DNA of 64,000 bases, from the NCBI GenBank assembly GCA_002245135.1, contig NGBS01000292.1, positions 186,001 through 250,000 of the forward strand. Direction: 5' to 3'. Both the position numbers and the translations under genes were made by a program. Every line of letters starts with the position of its first letter. The stretch's first letter is position 1. Positions 11,643-23,623 of the stretch are shown piece by piece. This stretch comes from Proteromonas lacertae (lineage: Eukaryota). The notes beneath the pieces are model-generated. The model saw only the letters and a list, made by a program, of their open reading frames with translations. It was not told the DNA's origin and did not search any database.

Positions 11643-14600
11643 ATGAATCAAAAATTAATTTTATTCATTTTATTCTTCTCTGCTATTTGCTATGCAAATG
11701 CCAGGTCAATGTTAGTGGAAGAAGAAAAGGAGGAAGATGATAGCACTACCCCTGTAGACGATGTGAAAACAACACCTACTGTGACTGTTCCACCTATTAC
11801 AACCCCATCTGCAACTCCTACTACCACTGCTCGACCAACAGTTAAACCAACAACTCAAGTGCCAACTGCTCCTCCAGTTAATGATAAACCTACTTTATCA
11901 AAAGATCCAGATGATATTGTTGATGGTGTTACGCCAGCTCCAACCAAACCATCACAATCAACACCAAATACTGTTGATAAGACAGAAGAAAAAGTGCCAT
12001 CAATCACTATTACTAATGAAACAACTAATGATTTCATAAATTCAATTCCTAAGCAGAATGATACTGTAGAACCACCAACTGTACCTCCAATTGATGAAAA
12101 TACAACAAAAGAAGAAACAACTCCTGGTAAAGATCTTAATACAATGGAAACAGGAAAAGTATACGGAGTTTTAGTTGATGAAATGAAAGATAAACCAAAT
12201 ATCACTAATACAACATATGGCGAAGAAAATAAAAAAACAGTTATCCATGCAGAGACTTCTGGCTCTATGGATATATTCCATTCAATAGAAGATTCTGTAA
12301 TTGATAATCTTGAAGTTCGTTTTAGTTTTAATGACAAAGCTGAAAGGAGAATGTTGCAAGGTGGAAAGACTGTAGTAGTAAAAAGCTGTGGTGTAACTGA
12401 TCAAATAGTAAGGTCAAGAGTTAACAGCTTGTCATTAATATTTGATGAAAGTGTTATATTTGAATGTGAAGGTGGTTTATTAGCTCATTTAATTAGTGGT
12501 TCATATATAACAAATGTAAAAATTGAGTTTTATAATGATAATAAACCAAATGTTGTTATTATTCAACCAACAGGTCCATTTGGTTTGTTAGCTGGAGTAA
12601 CGTATGGTAGTATAATATCTTATACTCGAGTTACTGGTGATTATTTATATATATGGCCAAAAACTGCAACAACTGATAAGAATAAAATAAGGATATCTCC
12701 ATTTATAAGTCAATTAGAATTAACATTAATACAGAATTGTTATGTTGATTTATTAGAATTAGTTCTTAACTTCAATGATATGAACAGTGCAGATAATGAT
12801 GTGGTTATTGGTGGATTAGTTGGTGAATATGTAGTAAGTCCATTATCATCCAAAGGAGAAGGTGGAAATGGTCATCATGTTCCTTTAGGAAGATTAATTG
12901 AAGGTGAAGAAACAAAGCCAGAATTTACATCAACAAGGAGTGAAATTTACAATTCATTTGTTCTTGTTAGAAGAGGTTTTTCAATTCCAGCAATGAATGA
13001 TGGACAAAAGAAAGGCAAAATTGTATTTGGTGGTTTAATAGGAAAAGCAACTCCCAATAAAAATTCTATATTATTTATTAATAATTGTTATTATTATATG
13101 ATTGCTAATGGTATAGTCAATCCATTAAGTGATGATAATATGAGATTTGGAGGATTGATTGGTGTAAAATATGAAGATAATGTGAAGTTAGTATTACAGT
13201 TGAATATGACTTATGTAAACTTCATAGTAAAGAATAATTATATGGATATTAAAAATTTTGGATTATTCTATGGTGAAGATCCAAAAGATAAATATGAAAC
13301 TACAAGTTTAAATAATTATGCTTATTTATCATTACCATTTGGATCAGAAGATAAAGATGGAAAACTATATTATCATTATGTATCTTTATATGCTAGTAAT
13401 TCAACAGAAATTGGTAAAAAATCTAGATTATTAGCACCTTCATCATTTATAAAGGTTCTTACTTATGGAAATGGTATAGATGAGATGGAGAAACCTGAAT
13501 ATGTAAAAGATAGTGATGTTGCAGAAACAAAACTAAAGGATAATGGTTATGTACTTAATCCTTATACTAAGAGATTAATGAATATAGCTCCATCACCAAC
13601 AAATGATAATGGATTTTATGTAATTGAAAATTATGGAATCCCTCTATCACCTGAAGGAAGAGGAACTTCTTCTACTACAATTAAATATAATTTATTAAAA
13701 GACCAAAGTAAAATGAATTCCAAAAAGACATGTCCAAATAACTGTAATAAGAATGGTGCTTGTTTATATGGTCAGTGTTATTGTAATAGTTATTATACTG
13801 GTGTTGATTGTAGTGAGAAATTCTGCTCATTTGGAATGCCATTAACCAATATAACAGGAGATTATTCCTTAGAATGTTCTAATCAAGGAAAATGTGATAG
13901 GAAAATAGGAAAATGTCAATGTTTCCCTGGTTTTGAAGGTAATGCTTGTCAAAGAACAAAATGTCCAAATGGATGTAGTAATCATGGTATATGTACAACA
14001 ATCAGTGAAGTTAGAGGAATAGATATTGGTACAAGTGATGAGAATGATGAATATGTATTAGAATATGATAAAGAAGTGAATGATTATAGAGATAATACTG
14101 TGAATGTATGTGTTTGTGATAAAGAGTATGAAGGTGTTGATTGTGGTAAGAGAAAATGTCCTTTTGGTTATACACAGACTAGTGATTGTGAAGCTGGTAA
14201 TGTTGATGGAATAAAGATTACATTTAGTAAAAAACAAGGTAACTTCCTACTGATAAAAAGAATATTTATATTAAATATATTGATCCGTTCAAACACGTTT
14301 GGTATTCTACAGCATTTGATTATACAGATGAAGATGCATGGAAAACTGCTTTAGGTAGTTTACCAACTGGAGTTATTTCAATAAGTAGTGTTGATAAAGT
14401 GCTATTGGATTCAACACAAACAGAAGGTGATTTTTCAATTGATATTAGTTATTCACTATGGCAAACTGGTAGGCAACCAGCAATAGAAGTTATTGGCACA
14501 GAAGAATTAAAGGAAAATACCAAAAGAAGCATCTTTTTATGGATTAAAGAATTTAGATGATTTACTAGATACAACAGAAGCGAATATTGATATTAAAGTA

Positions 14601-14729
14601 GAAGTTGGTGAATCTCTTAAAGCATTACCTTGTAGTAATAATGGTATTTGTAATGAAAATACTGGTATTTGTAAATGTTTTGAAATGTTTTATGGAAGTG
14701 CTTGTGAATTACAAACTGAAGTTATATAA
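11643..14729 (+). CDS. Secreted mastigoneme-family (Ocm1/Sig1/Mas-type) EGF-repeat protein with N-terminal PT-rich and GLUG-like extension
   Basis: Signal peptide. EGF block CPNNCNKNGAC..C.C...YTGVDCSEKFC..ECSNQGKCDRKIGKCQCFPGFEGNACQRTKCPNGCSNHGIC..CVCDKEYEGVDCGKRKCPFG. After two frameshifts (about 14240 and 14520) it ends PCSNNGICNENTGICKCFEMFYGSACELQTEVI*. Intronless, no TM anchor. Confidence 0.72.
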
Positions 14730-14936
14730 ATCTTCATTCTACATTGGAAAAGTAATTTGAAATTATTAATATATATATTATTATTATCTTTAAAGTGTTT
14801 TTTGATTTTTTTCAAAATAGATTTTAGAATTTTTACATTTGTAATGTAATTTACCGTCAAAAACATAAAAATCTAATTTACAGTACAGATTTAAAACGCT
14901 TTTTATTTCTTAAATAATATTCATTTTAGTTGATTT

Positions 14937-16933
14937 ATGGATAAATATCGCAAGAGACAAAAGTTGGGAGAAGGAGCGTTTGGTACAAAATATTATTATT
15001 AATTATGTTTAGGAGAAGCTTGGTTAGTTGAAGATAAAAACACAAATAAGATATATGTAATGAAATCTTTGAAAACTAAGAAGGTTAAGTCAGATGAACT
15101 GGAATCAGCTAAAGCAGAAGCTGAGGTATAATTTTTGTGAATAATTTAATTTAATTTTAGACACTTCAAAGTTTAAGTCATCCATTTATTGTAGGATATC
15201 ACGAATCCTTCAGTGATGCAAATAATTTTTATATTGTAATGGAATATGCTAATGGAGGCGATTTAAGTCAAAAAATAGAAGAACAAAACGATAGTGGAGA
15301 AAAATTTTCAGATAATGAGATATTGAAATACTTTGTCCAAGTTTTACTAGCAGTCCGTCATTTACATTCACATAAAATTCTTCATAGAGATTTAAAACCT
15401 CAAAACATCTTTCTAACCAGTCAAAATATTGTTAAATTAGGAGATTTCGGTATAGCCAAAACTTTAGCAGCAGAAGAGAATTTAGCTCAAACACTATGTG
15501 GCACTCCATCATATTTAGCACCAGAAATCGGAGTAGGAATTCCATACAATTACAAAGCTGATGTTTGGAGTTTAGGAGTGATTTTATACCAATTAATATC
15601 ATTACATTTACCATTTCCACCATTGCCAATGCCAATATATCTCATTCAAATAGCAACAATGGATTATATACCATTACCTGAAGAAACTCCAACTTATTTA
15701 AAGATAATTGTTGATAGAATGTTAGCTAAAAATCCAGATGAGAGACCAGATGTAGATGATGTTTTAGCAGTGAAAGAATTAAGAATGTTAGCTTTTCAAA
15801 TATTAGAGAAACAAATTGGAAGAGAAAAGATTAATCATAATAGAGAATTGAATAGATTCAAACAAGAACAGATGTTACAAACACATGAAATTGAAAGATT
15901 ACAACAAGAAATAAGAAATAATAATAATAATAATAACAGTAGTAGTAGAAGTAGTAATGATAGTGCTGAAGTGTATCGATTAACTAATGAAAATACCACA
16001 TTGAAAAGAGAGAATAGTGATTTGAAGAAAGAAATTGAAAGATTGAAAAGATCAAATAGTACTGCAAGTCCATATCTTCCACCTATAAATCGAAATAGTG
16101 CTGGTGATGGTGGTAGAATAAACCCTCCACCACCTCCACCTGGTAATTATATTAATCCTCCAGTTAAAGATGTAATAAGTATATATATATATATCACAAT
16201 TAATATTCTGTATATAGGACAAGAAGCAGAGAATCTATTAAATGATTTAAATTATAGAAATGATAAAACAGCAATATTTTCAAGAGAAATGGTTGGTGGA
16301 AAGGGAATGAGTTATATTTGTGAAAATTTGAATAAATTGAGAAGTATTAGAAAATTGTATTTAGCAATGAGTGAAATAATTGGAGAAGGAGGGGATGATT
16401 GTGATCGTATTATTATAACTATTATTTTATAATAATTAATAGCCATAATATTAGGAAATGATGGTATGAGGTTTGTATTTGAGAATTGGCATAACATAAA
16501 TGAATGTACAACATTGAGTTTCGGTTATGTAACTTCTGTTCCAGAATTTAGTGAAACATTTAATGGTGATAAAGGATTACAGAATCTATTAGATCATTTG
16601 AATGAATTAGTGAATTTAGAAGAATTATATTTCGGTGTTAGTTGTGTAGGTGAAAATGGAATTAATAATTTGATTAGAAATTTTGATTCTTTAGGAAAAT
16701 TAAGAGTTTTAGATTTAGGAAGTATTTATTATATTATTGTTATTTGTAATGTAATAGAAAATGATATTGGTTTGAGTGGTATCCAGAACTTATCTAATAA
16801 TTTATATAAATTGAGAATGTTGAAAGAATTGAAATTGAAATATCCTCGTAAAATCAATGATAATTGTAATAAAGAACACGCTTATGAATTATTACACAAT
16901 GCTAGAAGTGATTTAAATATAAATGTTTATTAA
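14937..16933 (+). CDS. NIMA-related (NEK) kinase with coiled coil, Pro-rich linker and C-terminal LRRs
   Basis: MDKYRKRQKLGEGAFG, YIVMEYANGGDL, ILHRDLKPQNIFLT, VKLGDFGIAK, GTPSYLAPE. LRR repeats such as LRVLDLGKNDIG. Five GT-AG introns. Confidence 0.88.
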
Positions 16934-17089
16934 TTACCATTATTAGTTTATTCTTATATCATTGTTATTTTGTGTTTTTTTAATGTATATAGATAATTGA
17001 TATAAAGAAATGATTACCACATAAAATAAACTTTATAAAATCTTATTATTATTATTTTAAAACAAAAACAAAATGTATCTTCATTACAA

Positions 17090-17355
17090 TTACTTATAGA
17101 AACGACTATGAGCTTCATCTTTACCCTTTTTCAATCCTTCTTCAAAACCTTTTTTATATCCTTCACTTATTTCGTTCTAATATATTAAAATTGTATTTAC
17201 TTCATACATCATAATTAGATTCTTTCATAGCCTCTATCATAGCATTTCTTGTTGCTATCTACGATTCATTATACAAGCTGAAAATATACATTCTTCATTC
17301 TCTCAACCACAAAGGTTGATTCAAAAAATTCTTTATCATCGAAAATTTCATCCAT
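17090..17355 (-). CDS. Small Yae1/Lto1-like protein
   Basis: Three exons with two 31-nt GT-AG introns: MDEIFDDKEFF...EISEGYKKGFEEGLKKGKDEAHSRFYK*, showing the GxxxG periodicity of Yae1_N. Absent from the ORF track. Confidence 0.55.
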
Positions 17356-17521
17356 TTTTTTGATACACCGCAAATCATTTTTGTTGTTTTTAGATTATAT
17401 AGTCTATTATATCAATATATTATTATGTGATTTTGTTATAAAACAATCAGAATATACATTCTATTATCCAAATAAACAAATAATACTATTATATATAGAT
17501 ATATATATTATAAGGTTATCC

Positions 17522-19144
17522 TTAATTATTTTTAACATATTCATAAATATTCAAAGCAAAAACTGCTATTGAAATTATGAAAGAAAATGATGCTAACAAT
17601 ACATCTCTTATCTTAATATGTTGTGGTACTGTAGCCATATTCTTCACAAATAAGAAATGGCACAATGGAGGAAACACATACATAGTCCATAAGCATGGAA
17701 TACATCCAATTATATTCAATTAAAGAAAATAATATATATTATAAAAATAAACAATAATAAAAGGATATGCATATCTAAAACAGTATTAAAATCAGGAATA
17801 ATAATAGCTATAACACTTACAATAATAACAATTACAATTCTAACAACAACTTCAGTCCAAGGTTTAAAAACAAATAAAGATTTCTCTATTTATATAATAA
17901 TTAATCAAATATATTATACTTTCTTCAGATCTTACATCATTTGTTGAAGGCATTAAAATATGTAAAGAAAACAAGAAACAGATAGGATAAGAGCAAATAA
18001 TCAAAAACATAACCAGTAACGAGCAAATAACATGTAAAGCAGTATTACTTTTCAAATTATCCAATATATTACCTTCAATTCCTGCAGCACTCTTCTGGAA
18101 TACACAAATCAAAATAAATCCATAAAATATATAAACTACATCAGTTACAACTAAAGCCCATCTGTAGGTTTCTACATGTTCTTCAGGCTTCTTCAAGCTT
18201 TCTTGGTAATCCAAAAATATTGCACCACAACCAAAACTGAATAGATAAATACCAAACATAACTGCATATCCTTCAACATCACCAGTCCATAAATGTTTGG
18301 GGAATGAAAATGTGGTTGTTGCTACACCATAGATGAAGAGTACAACGAATAATATTCCTAATGTAATAACACCAAAGAAAGAAGTTCTTGATAAAGCTCT
18401 AAAAATAATAAATGAAAAATAAATATAATTTATACTTTGCATTTCTCAATAATGATGGAACAATTAATATTAATGTTGATAGAAATATACTTCCAAATGA
18501 TCCGCTAAACCAACCTAAATGCATATTACCAAGCATTGTACCACACATTATCTATTAAAATATGATTAAAATATAAAAATTATCATTATATACAGTATAA
18601 GCAACATTTACTCCAAGTAGATTAATAACCACTAACACATCATATGTCCACATGCCAATAGTACCCATTGTCTATTAAATAGAACAATTAAATGAATTAA
18701 ATATACTTGATAACAAATTTGAGAATATGATGATCGAGTTCTATGCAACATTCCTCTCTGCTTCATATGTTTACGACATTTTACTAATATTCTCATTGAT
18801 ATAAAAGCCCAATACGATAGTGCAACACACAAGAAAATTGCACAAAAAATACCAACTCTGTCAAATACTTTTGGAAATGATAGCAAACTCATTCCTGTTG
18901 CTGTTTTAACCAAGTTAATGAAGTTCTATGAAAATAAATATCATTAAATATACCTCTTTTCTAGTAGCAGTTCCATGAAATGCTTCTAAACCAAAACTTG
19001 TGTCAATTTTACCACCTGGTGCCATTACACGCCTTGGATCAATTTCATCAGCTGCAACTAAACCTTCATCACTAACATCCTTTTCTTTACCTTTCTTTTC
19101 TATTTTTTAAAATAACTATTATGATATATACCAGGTTCTTCCAT
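17522..19144 (-). CDS. Amino-acid transporter (AAAP / Aa_trans family)
   Basis: NFINLVKTATGMSLLSFPKVF, multiple TM helices, IPDFNTVLDMLGCIPC..VFPP. Six GT-AG introns plus one AT-AA intron. Confidence 0.85.
17710..17768 (-). other. U12-type intron with AT-AA termini, 59 nt
   Basis: Minus strand ATG C|ATATCCTTTT...TTTCTTTAATTGAATATAA|TT GGA TGT. Perfect U12 donor and branch-like TTCTTTAAT. The frame-restoring acceptor about 10 nt after the branch ends in AA; no AG or AC is available. Confidence 0.82.
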
Positions 19145-19764
19145 TAGATCTTTAGAAAATGAGTAAAATCTAAATTAAAAAGATCGAAATAAGTTCGGCT
19201 TGACTTTTTTTATTGTGATTATTATCTATATATAGAAATATTAAACTCTATGCAAGTGTTTTATGGAGTATAAACGGTCTTTGATGATATAACTCAAATT
19301 AAATAAATTAATTAAGTATTCACAAAGTAGAATGATTTTTAATTCAATTGGACAAACATAAATGCTTTAGAGAAATAAAAAAAAATACAAACTAACAGAA
19401 TGAATAAATCTATTTAATTCTCATAAAACAAGATGGAATTCATTTTATACTTAAACGACAAACCAAAACATCAATTATTTCATTATATTTTGTCATTTAT
19501 CATGATTAACGAAAAACGACTAAAGATTTTATTGGATTTTAGAATAATCCTTTGATAATCAAGAAATCTATAAATCACTGAATAAACGTTGAGTGATTGT
19601 CTCACACTTTTCTAGAAGGAGTTAGAGAGTATATTCTATTAGGAGTATTATTTTTAGCATCACATTGTTTAAATTACCTTCTTCATATTTATAAATTAGC
19701 TTATTATACACAATTAGAATTTATAGACTTTATTTTCGCAGGAATTGCAATTTAAAGACAATCT

Positions 19765-20709
19765 ATGCAGCAAATATTAGCTTCCTATGAGAATGAAATG
19801 TTTTTACACAGAGATAACTTGATGATTTATGACTCATTACTACGATCTGAGCAAGGAATTAGTAATAGAAAATTAGTATTCACATATTTAGAGGAACAGA
19901 GGAAATGTTCAAGCTTAGATATCACAGAAAGTGATATTGACAGTTCCAAGCTCCTTTACGATGTAATATGCACAGAACTAAAAGAAGAGCAAATTATAAA
20001 CATACAATATATGAACTGCGTAGGTTTAAGTTGTTTGATCTTAGTATTACTAATGAAGAAAGGTGAATATAACATTGTATATATATTTATTTATGTACTG
20101 ATTATATAGCAATTCTTATTAAGCAATTTCAGTTGGCCAAATTTCAACCAAACTCGAAATGAAACTATTAATTTCGTAATGTCAATCTTAAAGTCATGTG
20201 ATTATAATATTATTACATTCAATTTTGATATATTGTTTAATAGTTATATAGAAGAAGTAAATGAGATAAAAAATGAGAAAGATGAGATCTATAGAATGTA
20301 TAACACGCAAAGAAATGATAATATCAATATATTATCATTTTGTAATTCAATATTAATCTATTCAATAATATTAAGTAAGTTTAAAGATAATTATGAAATA
20401 TATAATCATTTAAAAAGTAGATTTGATAATTACTTTGATAAAATGACAGTTGAAAGATGTATTGATAAAATTAACAGTCATTTCAATCCAATAGTGAAAA
20501 TAGTTGATAATGACAGTGAAAATATAATACAAAAAAGAAGAGTATCATCTCCAATTACCATATTAAATTGTGGTGATAGTAATGATTGTACAACTCCAAG
20601 AAAAATAAGAAAAATAGAGAGTGATTGTAAGATTATTATTTGTGATGATGTGGATTATCTCAGTTGTTATAATTGTGAAGAGGATAGTTTGTGTTCATTA
20701 TTTTGTTAA
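19765..20709 (+). CDS. Hypothetical protein (5' end unresolved; faint resemblance to RB pocket A)
   Basis: Two ORF-track pieces joined by a GT-AG intron ending at 20109. Helical pattern KLLYDVICTELKEE..LSCLILVLL; C-terminal SP and TPRK sites. Confidence 0.45.
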
Positions 20710-20757
20710 TGTTTAAAATAAAGAAGAATATAGTGATTTATAAATTACATTTTTTTT

Positions 20758-21546
20758 TTAATTATTTTGGATAAATCTATTCTCAATATCTTCTAATTTA
20801 TTCCTATATTTCAATTCCTTTAACTTATCTCTACTATTTTGAAATAATTGACTCATATTCACTTTACCTCCACCTGTATTACTAAGCATTTGTTTAGACA
20901 TTAATTTACTCTCATCACCTTCATTTTCTTCGCCTAAGATCAAAGAATAGAAAGTTCTTAATCCAAAAACTACTAGAATATACCAGGATAATGACGTTAC
21001 ATATCTTACATCTAAATTATTTAAATGAATTCCCTTTTGCAGCATTCCTCTAAACACATCCAGCAATTCAAAAGGAATTTGAACTAAAACAAATCCACTG
21101 AAAAAATAGGTAAGTGAACCCATCATCACAAGATTTGGTATTTGCATAACTGCTTGGCTTTTCATCATATCCATCATCATTGAGGAGTTAGCCATTGGAT
21201 TTGTGTTTGATTCTACTTCTTTTGTTAATACACCATCATTTACTGATAAAAAATAATCCTATTAACAATAAAATAATATAGTTGGATATACTAAACGACT
21301 TGTAACTCCTTCATGGCTTATATAACCATTATTATCAAATAATATATTTGCTCTATTCACAACATTTCTATACAATATATAAACTTGAATATTATACTCG
21401 TTTGCAATTGTTTTCTCATCTTTATCTTCTGAGCTTTTCAACAGTACCATGACATAATGACGACATAGACCAATTAAAGTGACAATATAAAAAATTGGGA
21501 GTAATACCCAATTACGAATATTTTTATCTAAAACTAATTTTTGCAT
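20758..21546 (-). CDS. EMC3: ER membrane protein complex subunit 3
   Basis: LVLDKNIRNWVLLPI, FFSGFVLVQIPF, MLQKGI..LDVRYVTSLSWY. Two introns. Confidence 0.93.
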
Positions 21547-21600
21547 TTCTATTTTGAACTACAATTTTTCATAATAGATTTGTGTTTTTCCGAAAATACG

Positions 21601-22215
21601 ATGGGAGAAGCAATATATGTTGCTAAAAAGTTGCTTAGAAAGAATTTGATGAAAACTTTAAAAGGTTTAGATGAAAATGTAAGAAAAACTGAAAGTAAAT
21701 CAGTACAAGAGTTAGTAATGAATCATTCTGCATTTCAAAACAGTAAAGTCGTTTGTTTATACATTCCATTAAAATATGAATGTGACACATTTGATATAAT
21801 AAAGTGTTGTGAGAAATTAAACAAGAGAATGTTTGTTCCAAAAGTACTAGGTAAAAATGATATGGATTTCTATGAAGCATACTCTTGTGATGATATTTTA
21901 AACTTCCCTAAGAGTAATTTAGGAATATTAGAACCGAAGGAAGAAAAAAGCAGAGCTAAGTTATTTGAGAGTGGTATAGAAGCGGATTTATTGTTATTAC
22001 CAGCAGTTGGGTTTGATAAAGATTGTAATAGACTTGGGCATGGATATGCTTTTTATGACACTTTCCTAACCAAATATTATGAAAAATATGGTAAATATAT
22101 GATAAGAATGGGTATGGGATTGAATTGTCAATTCGTAGATGAGATTCCACACAATGAAAAGGATATTCGTTTAGATTATGTAGTTACTCCAACAAATGTA
22201 TTTGAAAATAAATAA
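21601..22215 (+). CDS. MTHFS: 5-formyltetrahydrofolate cyclo-ligase
   Basis: AKKLLRK, FVPKV, LGILEP, DLLLLPAVGFDKDCNRLGHGYAFYD, IPHNEKDIRLD. ATG at 21601; intronless. Confidence 0.93.
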   Translation: MGEAIYVAKKLLRKNLMKTLKGLDENVRKTESKSVQELVMNHSAFQNSKVVCLYIPLKYECDTFDIIKCCEKLNKRMFVPKVLGKNDMDFYEAYSCDDILNFPKSNLGILEPKEEKSRAKLFESGIEADLLLLPAVGFDKDCNRLGHGYAFYDTFLTKYYEKYGKYMIRMGMGLNCQFVDEIPHNEKDIRLDYVVTPTNVFENK

Positions 22216-22345
22216 GTTATTTAGTATATTATGTGCTTTTCTGTTTTATTCATTCATTACATTTATACATCGAAATATGTTCATTTTTATATTTTTAATA
22301 ATAGAAAGAAAAAGAAACAAAAATATTTATAATTATAATATATAT

Positions 22346-23452
22346 TTATAACCTTACAGACACCAAAGGAGGACATCTCATATTCCTCAATAACGAATAT
22401 GCTTTTAATGTATTAAACAACACCATACTCACAGTAAGTGGTCCAATTCCTCCAGGAACACTTACAAAATAATCAGCTTTGTCTTTCACATTAATATCAA
22501 CATCTCCGATTGGATAACTATTTTCATTTAAATAAGTTGTTCCTATATCAATCACTACACTCCCTTCTTTTATCCAATTATCTTTCACTAGGGATGGACA
22601 ACCTGTACAACTGATTAATACATCTGCTTTTCTACATAAATTGTTAATTTCTTTGGTATAATCATGAACTATTGATATTGTCATATTACAGTGTAATAAC
22701 AGTAAAGATAATGGAACACCGACTATGTTACTTCGTCCTATTATTACTGCATGCTTTCTTTCAATATTTATGTTGTTGTTTTACACAATCAATTAAAACT
22801 AACTAAAAATTCATAATAATGAAAATAGAAAGAAAAAAAGGATATTTGTATTAAATATAGACATGCCAATGGTGTACAAGGTATATGAAACGACTATATA
22901 CAATAACGTTCATGTAATTATACTAAATCAGAAATTAACGAGTCACTGGATCGATAATGCCCATATTGAGTTAGATACCCCATATTAATCATAGCTAAAC
23001 CATCTATATCCTTTTTACTATCTAAATATGGAAGAATTGAAAAAGGACGAATATGATCAGGTATTGGAAGTTGAACCATAATTCCATCAATATTTTTGTT
23101 ATTGTTCATTTCCAATATTGCAGCTTTAACATCCTTTTCACTACAAAGTGAACTTAGTTCTTTTCGATAAAAATTGAATCCAGTTTTTTTGCATGCCTTT
23201 TCAAGTAACTTTGCAAGCTATTCAAAGTTAAATACAATAAATTAATACTTTCACAGAAGGAAGAGATTTACCTACTGATATAACACCCAGTCCAGGCTTT
23301 TCAACCAGATACTTTGTATAATCTCTGATACTATGCTGAAGTTGTTTTGATAACTGCAAGCCAGATAGAAATGTACAGTGGTGTCCTTTCTTTATTTTTG
23401 GCATATTGCTTATGTTTCTAATAATATATGGTTTAAATAACTTTAAATTCAT
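22346..23452 (-). CDS. folD: Methylene-THF dehydrogenase/cyclohydrolase (FolD/MTHFD-type) with possible organellar targeting peptide
   Basis: IDGIMVQLPIP, KKDIDGL, PCTP, AVIIGRSNIVGVP, VIDIG, VPGGIGPLTVSMVLFNT. N-terminus is K/R-rich and lacks acidic residues. Two GT-AG introns and one U12-type intron. Confidence 0.92.
22781..22845 (-). other. U12-type intron, AT-AA (65 nt) or AT-AC (68 nt, ending 22778)
   Basis: Minus strand ATA CAA|ATATCCTTTTTTT...GTTTTAATTGATTGTGTAA|AAC AAC AAC ATA. It interrupts the conserved PCTP...AVIIGRS segment, and phase 0 is restored at either acceptor. Confidence 0.85.
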
Positions 23453-23623
23453 AATGAATCTTTGTACGATCTAAAAAAATGAATAGAAATTAGGGTTTGA
23501 CTTGAAAAAGCTTGGTTCATTATCAAAATAGATTTGAATATTTGTGTTTTGAATTGAACATACAACAATAATATAACAATATAGTATTTAAAAATAATGA
23601 ATAAGATCAACTTAGTTGATTAT

